DNA of 64,000 nt from Amoebophrya sp. A120 (taxonomy: Eukaryota > Protista > Dinoflagellata), in NCBI GenBank assembly GCA_905178155.1, contig CAJINV010000011.1, forward strand, positions 2,776,485 through 2,840,484, in the 5' to 3' direction. The translations under genes were made by a program, and so were the position numbers. The notes below the pieces were generated by a model. That model worked only from the letters and a program-made list of their open reading frames with translations, searched no databases and was not told the DNA's origin. Below, in pieces: positions 58,798-64,000 of this stretch. How positions within the stretch are numbered: position 1 is the first letter of the stretch; each line of letters starts with the position of its first letter.

Positions 58798-59445
58798 AAT
58801 GTCGCCCAGTTTGGTGAAAGCTAGGGGGAGCTTCCTTTTTCCTAACGATCTTTCGGCTCTGGCTCAGTAGGGCGGTTAATACGACATTGTTATCATGCCA
58901 CATACAAACATCTCTAGAATAAAATAATGATATTGATAAATCTTCTCTAGATGAAAATGCCCTCGTCTTTGCTGTATTACTCTCTCAACATCTATGTCAT
59001 CTATCCTCTTTCACACAGGTGAAAATACAACAGCCCTCAACGAAACCTGCTTGATTGATGGCTTGAAGATGAGTCTGTGTGTATTAATCAGAGCCTGAAA
59101 GTAGAGAGACGAACAGGCAGCGTCGGGTAGAGACACATCACATCATCCGCGTTTCGGACGTCAGGAAAATTTTCGACTAACCACATTGACTTTTCACCGC
59201 CCCTTTGCTGCACTGTCGTCATCTTCAACAGCAAGAAGAATAGCTGCTCGATATTAAACAAGCTTTGTTCATCATACGAAAAAAATTTTACAAACTTGTC
59301 AAAATCATGTACACTGTCACTGGAGAGTCAAAGCATAACGAAGCAATGTGAGACTCTCCGCGATACTCTTACCTGGAAGTTGAACAAGTGGCGTCGTTGT
59401 TAAAAATCATACAAATCTTAGTGTATCACGATAAAAACCTTTTCT

Positions 59446-61790
59446 TTATCTCTCCTTGTCGAAAGCCAACACTGCGTCGATTGCTTGAATCTGTTCCACC
59501 AGCTCGGCCCGTTTCGATTGCAACTGCGCCACCGTCGCGGTAATGTCCTCATCGGAGCTGCTCGACGTGGTATTTGCTTTTGGTGCTTGATGTTGCTTGT
59601 TTTCCTGATGTGGTTCTACTTCTCCAGCCGCTTCAGTTTTGTTCCCCACCGTTGTCGTTCCTGTGCTTGTTGCCTCCACACGCCGGGAGAACCCGGGGTC
59701 AAAAATCGTTTCCACGATGGAAAACCGGAACCTGGAACCGAGCATGCGAATTTTGGAAGACAGCAGCGCCTCCTCGAGAATGCAGAGGGAAAGCCGCAAG
59801 GTGTACTCGTAGATCTCGCGCTCAATCGGTTCCGGCAGTTGCAAGAACTGCGTGCGGCGCAGTTTTCGCCGTTCCCGCAGAAACTCCTCGGCAAAAATAC
59901 GAATGGCCTCGTGATTCACCGCGGACATTTGGTTCGAGTTCGTGCTGTGCTGGGGCTCCTGAACGGTTTTGTTCTTGTTGGACGTCGCGGGATGTTTTGG
60001 ACGACCCTCTTCTGTTGCAACATTCAGTTCACTGTGGAGGTTCGTCGAAAAGTGACCTGTTGTGGTTTCATGATCCGCTTCCGCTTCTTGCGCTCCTTGG
60101 TTGCTGCTTGTTCTATCCGGTGACCACATCCTCGCCCTCGGCCCATGGGTAAGAAACGCGCTATTTTTCCCCGTGATAATTTCGTCGATCGACAGTGGGT
60201 TGACGTTCCAGTGAACCCGGTGGCCGAGCACTTTCACCTCGAACCTGGCGCTCGAAGAGAAGAGATCCATCGCGATCCGGAAGCTGGCATTGGCGACCTC
60301 CTGCGCGTACTTCTTTTCAAACTCCGCCCCGAGCAGCCCGGGTTCCCCGTTCTTGCCACGGAAGAGAGAAGTGCCGGAGGAGGAGTTCGAGTTGTTGGAC
60401 GAATGTGAATGTGATAGGTCCTCATCAGCAAGATTTCCGTCTCCGAAAAAAGACCTTCTCATGTTGAAAGCCGGGTGTTGCTCGAGGAGCTGTTCCACGA
60501 CCAGATTCACCCGTTTCCGGTTCTCCGGCGTCCAGGGAACGCGCGACTTCAGCGTAGTGCTGTGTGTGCCAATTGGGTGGTAATCCACGCGGAGATCGTG
60601 CCCCATTAACAAAGGCGGAGAACTACCGGCGGGATCTGCTTGCTCCGTAAAGTTCCCGACCGTATCTAAAGAAACTGCCCATTCCCGGAACAAGCTGAAC
60701 AGCAAAGTCACGATGTCGCGATACAAATTTTTCTCCAGCTCGTGTGCCCACGTGGCCATGATCGGGTTCGCAGAAGGCGCCGCCGGGCCGGTGAGAAAGG
60801 CGGACAGGAAGGAAGTTGTAGAATTCGTACTCGAAGCGGCGAAACTCGAGGCTAGAGCGGCGCCGAGCGTGCTCTCCTCCGCGAGGAGGTTTTTCACGTA
60901 CGCCTTCACGTGCTTGATTTCTTTATGCATTGCAAAAGTGTCTGGGCCTCGGAACTTGTGATGCTGGGTGGCGTATCACGAGGAGGCCACAAGTGCTGGC
61001 TCAGCATGACAAGTTTTTGAGCTTCTAGGTCTTGCCTATTCTGCATGACACGCAGCGTTTCTGCATGACAGAAAAGCAAAAGTGGGGCTCTTGGGTAATG
61101 TGCATGACAAATTTAAGAGTCAGGTGAGACAAGCATGACAGACTTGTAATCTTCCCGACCCAGACATTTTTGCAATCCATATTCTTCCTCGCTCTGCAAT
61201 CTGACGATTCTTTCCACAAACTGCCGCGCCTGCGCGCGGGTTTGCATCGCGCTGGTTCTTTTGCGATTGATGCGCGACTCACCGTGATGCTGATTCGGGC
61301 CGACAGATTTCTGTTCGGATGAAGATGAGCTCCTGCTAGCACTTACCGTACTCGCTCCACTTTCGTAGTCCGTAATCGCCAGCCCCGTGCTGGTTTTCCG
61401 CACCAGCCGCACCGCCGGCCCGACGCCCGGTTGTTGACGCAACTCGATCCCGGTATTCGAGCTGCGAAGCACTTTGTCCAGCGCTTTGATTTTCGAATCT
61501 AATGACTCCAGCGAATTCACATCCTTCGGTCCCATGGTGTGCATCTTCGAGAGCCCCAGAACGTCCTTCGTGACCACGTTCAATCCGTCCGCCACATTCT
61601 GCGTCACCGTCTTCTCCAATCGGTCCAACTGTTCCGGAGCCACCGCCCCGGAGGCGCGCGCAGCCTCGCGTGCAACCGTACGGGCGCTCTGCGCCGTCTG
61701 GGTAAGCAGGGAACGGAACAAGGGCTCCATTTTTGTGAAAGGGGTTTTATGTTGTTGATCGGGTTCAACAACAGCAATGATCGGATTCAA
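59446..61790 (-). CDS. Unknown two-exon protein (~690 aa)
   Basis: ORFs 61113-61790 and 59446-60930 join on removal of introner 60924-61181 (LQSEEEIKHVK). Confidence 0.7.
60924..61181. mobile_element. Introner
   Basis: TATGCATTGCAAAAGTGTCTGGG.../...CCCAGACATTTTTGCAATCCATA; direct repeat TTCTT. Confidence 0.87.
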
Positions 61791-62664
61791 CTACAGCAAT
61801 TAGATTATTCTTACCATCCACGAGGCTAAAAAGCCAATTTTGTCTACGACTTTACCGATGCATCCGTAGACACGAGAAGTGAAATGTTTATTTATGGTGT
61901 AAGTTCTAATCTGCTTTTGGTAAGACACGACGCTATCTGAAAGAGGACCACACAGCCATGCGTTTATTTCATCAACATAACCATAAGGCCTTCCTGTGTG
62001 AAAATGAAATGTAGGCTGGACCTCTCAACGCATGAATTCATGCGGAAGTCGAAAACCCTTGAAATGCTCGCTCAGGAATATTATGTGCACATCGTGTCAC
62101 CACGTACCTCCGTGGCGTTGCCTCTCACAACTGTTCCTCCATCACTCATGATTGAAAAATACTGTCTAGCCATCCTGGATGAGATATCCCCGAACACCAT
62201 ACCACTACACATTCCAAGTCGCAACAGGCCCGTCTTGGCCCTCCAGCAAAGAAACAGCCGCAGCTTTCTTTTTTTTCTTCAGTGAGAAAACCCCATGGAT
62301 AACTTCATTACAACATGACGTCTGATTCAATACGTTCTCCTATTCCTTCCATCAGCAGAATTGATTTTTCACTGTTCGTCCCAAAGGATCCTTGCGTTCT
62401 GCTTGTACCTGTGGGTATTTGGTTTGTGCGATTGAAAGTTAGTTGTTTTCACACCCAGTTTGCAGCTTTGAACCAACGATCACACGTAGCAAACTATAGC
62501 TTTTTTGCATCAAATCAAAAACCGAAGAACCTGTACACAAGCACTTTACCTTCAATGTCTGCTTTCTCCGACGGAAGGCGAGATGAACCTCGTTGAAATC
62601 TCAGTCTGATCTTTACACTGGGTTGTTTACGTAGTTCTCGTAAAAGTGACAAGTGCCGATCGAT

Positions 62665-63363
62665 TTACTTTCCACCACGCGGGGCCTGGACCGGGTCGCG
62701 GGACGGGCGCTTGCGCACGCGGCGGGCGTCGGCGGAGCGGACGCGCACGATACGGGCGTGGATGGCGCAGGACACGCAGTACTGCTGCTTGATGTACAGA
62801 CGCGGCAGCTATCAAATGCAAAAATATCTGGGTCTGGAAGAGTGCAGACTTGTCATGCATATTTTGCAACATAGATACCAAAACGCCACAAAGACCTCAA
62901 GGAACCATCCACAACCAAGAACCTTGGAAAAGTGGAGTCCCCGAAGTCATGCATATTTTGCAAGATGATTGATGCCTGTAATGCATGATCTAGCAACACA
63001 GATTTTATTTAGAGGGCTTTCCAATGCCTACTCTGCATGAGAAATGCCCTCTCCGCATAAAAACACAAACTGGAGTTCTGTTGGTGGTCATGCAATACAG
63101 ATTTGCTTGGAATCTAAAGACAGCATTACAAGTTGCAACTTTCCAGACCCAGACATTTTTGCAATCCATAGCAGCTGGTAGGTGTCGATGGCGGACTGCT
63201 CCTTCAAATCACGCGCGGAGGAGGTATCAACGATGGTACGGACGACGAACTTGCGCACGGCCTTATCCTTGGGGACGGCACGGTAGCAGTTCGAGCAGCG
63301 CATGATGGCGGTGTGGCCACGGCCATGCTTGCTGCGTCCGTTGTTGCGGCGTTTAGACGGCAT
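62665..63363 (-). CDS. RPS26: 40S ribosomal protein S26 (eS26), one introner intron
   Basis: [17 protein letters not shown]...[17 protein letters not shown]...YQL|[24 protein letters not shown]. Confidence 0.96.
62810..63170. mobile_element. Introner in RPS26 (non GT-AG)
   Basis: TAT...TGCAAAAAT.TCTGGGTCTGGAA TIR; direct repeat GCAGC; removing 366 nt restores the conserved YQLPRLY. Confidence 0.92.
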
Positions 63364-64000
63364 CTTGTAATGAAGTGTAGGGTTGGAAGTAGATTATGAT
63401 CTACTTCGGGGTATGTCTCTACCGTGTTCTTTTGTTGTCCCTGTTTTTTGTGTAAAAGGAAGGAAAAGCGATGTGTGAGAAAAATCAAATTTTGTGCTAA
63501 GACGAGTTGTGATAGATACACGACTACCGTTGTAGGCAGTCTAAAATCGAAATCAAATCCGGGGAGAGTGGGGCAAGTTTTTGAGCTTCAGAAACCAACA
63601 ATTTAGATCTTCGCTATCGACTTTTCGAGCAGTATTTCGATCGGATCTCCTACTGCACAGGATCAGGAGCTTTAAATTGAGTGATTCGTATTTCCAAAGA
63701 TCTTTAGAAAATCCAAAATGTACTTGCTTTTTCGGGACAGCATTTTGCGACTCGGGAACTGAAACTGTGTTTGAAAGTAGATTTCATTCCTTCGATCATT
63801 GATTTTGCACCTGTAATTCAAATTACCGATCCGTTTCCTTTTCACTGTCTGGTGTAGTACAACAATCCTACGATCGCAATGCTTTTCTGGGATCATCTAA
63901 GAGAAACACTGCTACCCGAGCCAACTAGTTGCACCTTCTGCGTACAGTGCTGCAGCCCTGCAACTTCTTCGCGTCTATTTTTGTACTTCTGACGTCCGTA

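Overview
Eukaryotic DNA from a dinoflagellate-lineage organism. It contains an exact 22-nt DinoSL, all host genes lie on one strand, and many non-canonical introns have inverted ends and 5-bp direct repeats, which closely resembles the syndinian parasite Amoebophrya (inferred, not proven). Bases 681-26600 are a single, apparently young, ~25.9-kb Ty1/copia LTR retrotransposon on the minus strand: 481-bp LTRs with 3 visible differences, an ATAT target duplication and a tRNAi-Met PBS. Between its 5' LTR and gag-pol lie ~15 kb of cargo: a coiled-coil ORF1; a small-RNA cluster with a complete spliced-leader (SL) RNA gene and tRNA-like A-box/B-box units; an intron-containing hAT-like transposase gene; and two unknown intron-containing genes. 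Nested long-range inverted repeats bracket the cargo, and one covers a T12-CCTAG splice acceptor just before gag-pol. This suggests a retroelement that carries its own SL gene and controls its own splicing. The remainder is a minus-strand host gene block with many introner-type introns: ankyrin protein, SNF2 helicase, METTL21-like and FkbM-like methyltransferases, a kinase, RPS26 and unknown genes. It also has a tandem gene family interrupted by MITE-like insertions. Many exon boundaries were set by eye and are approximate.
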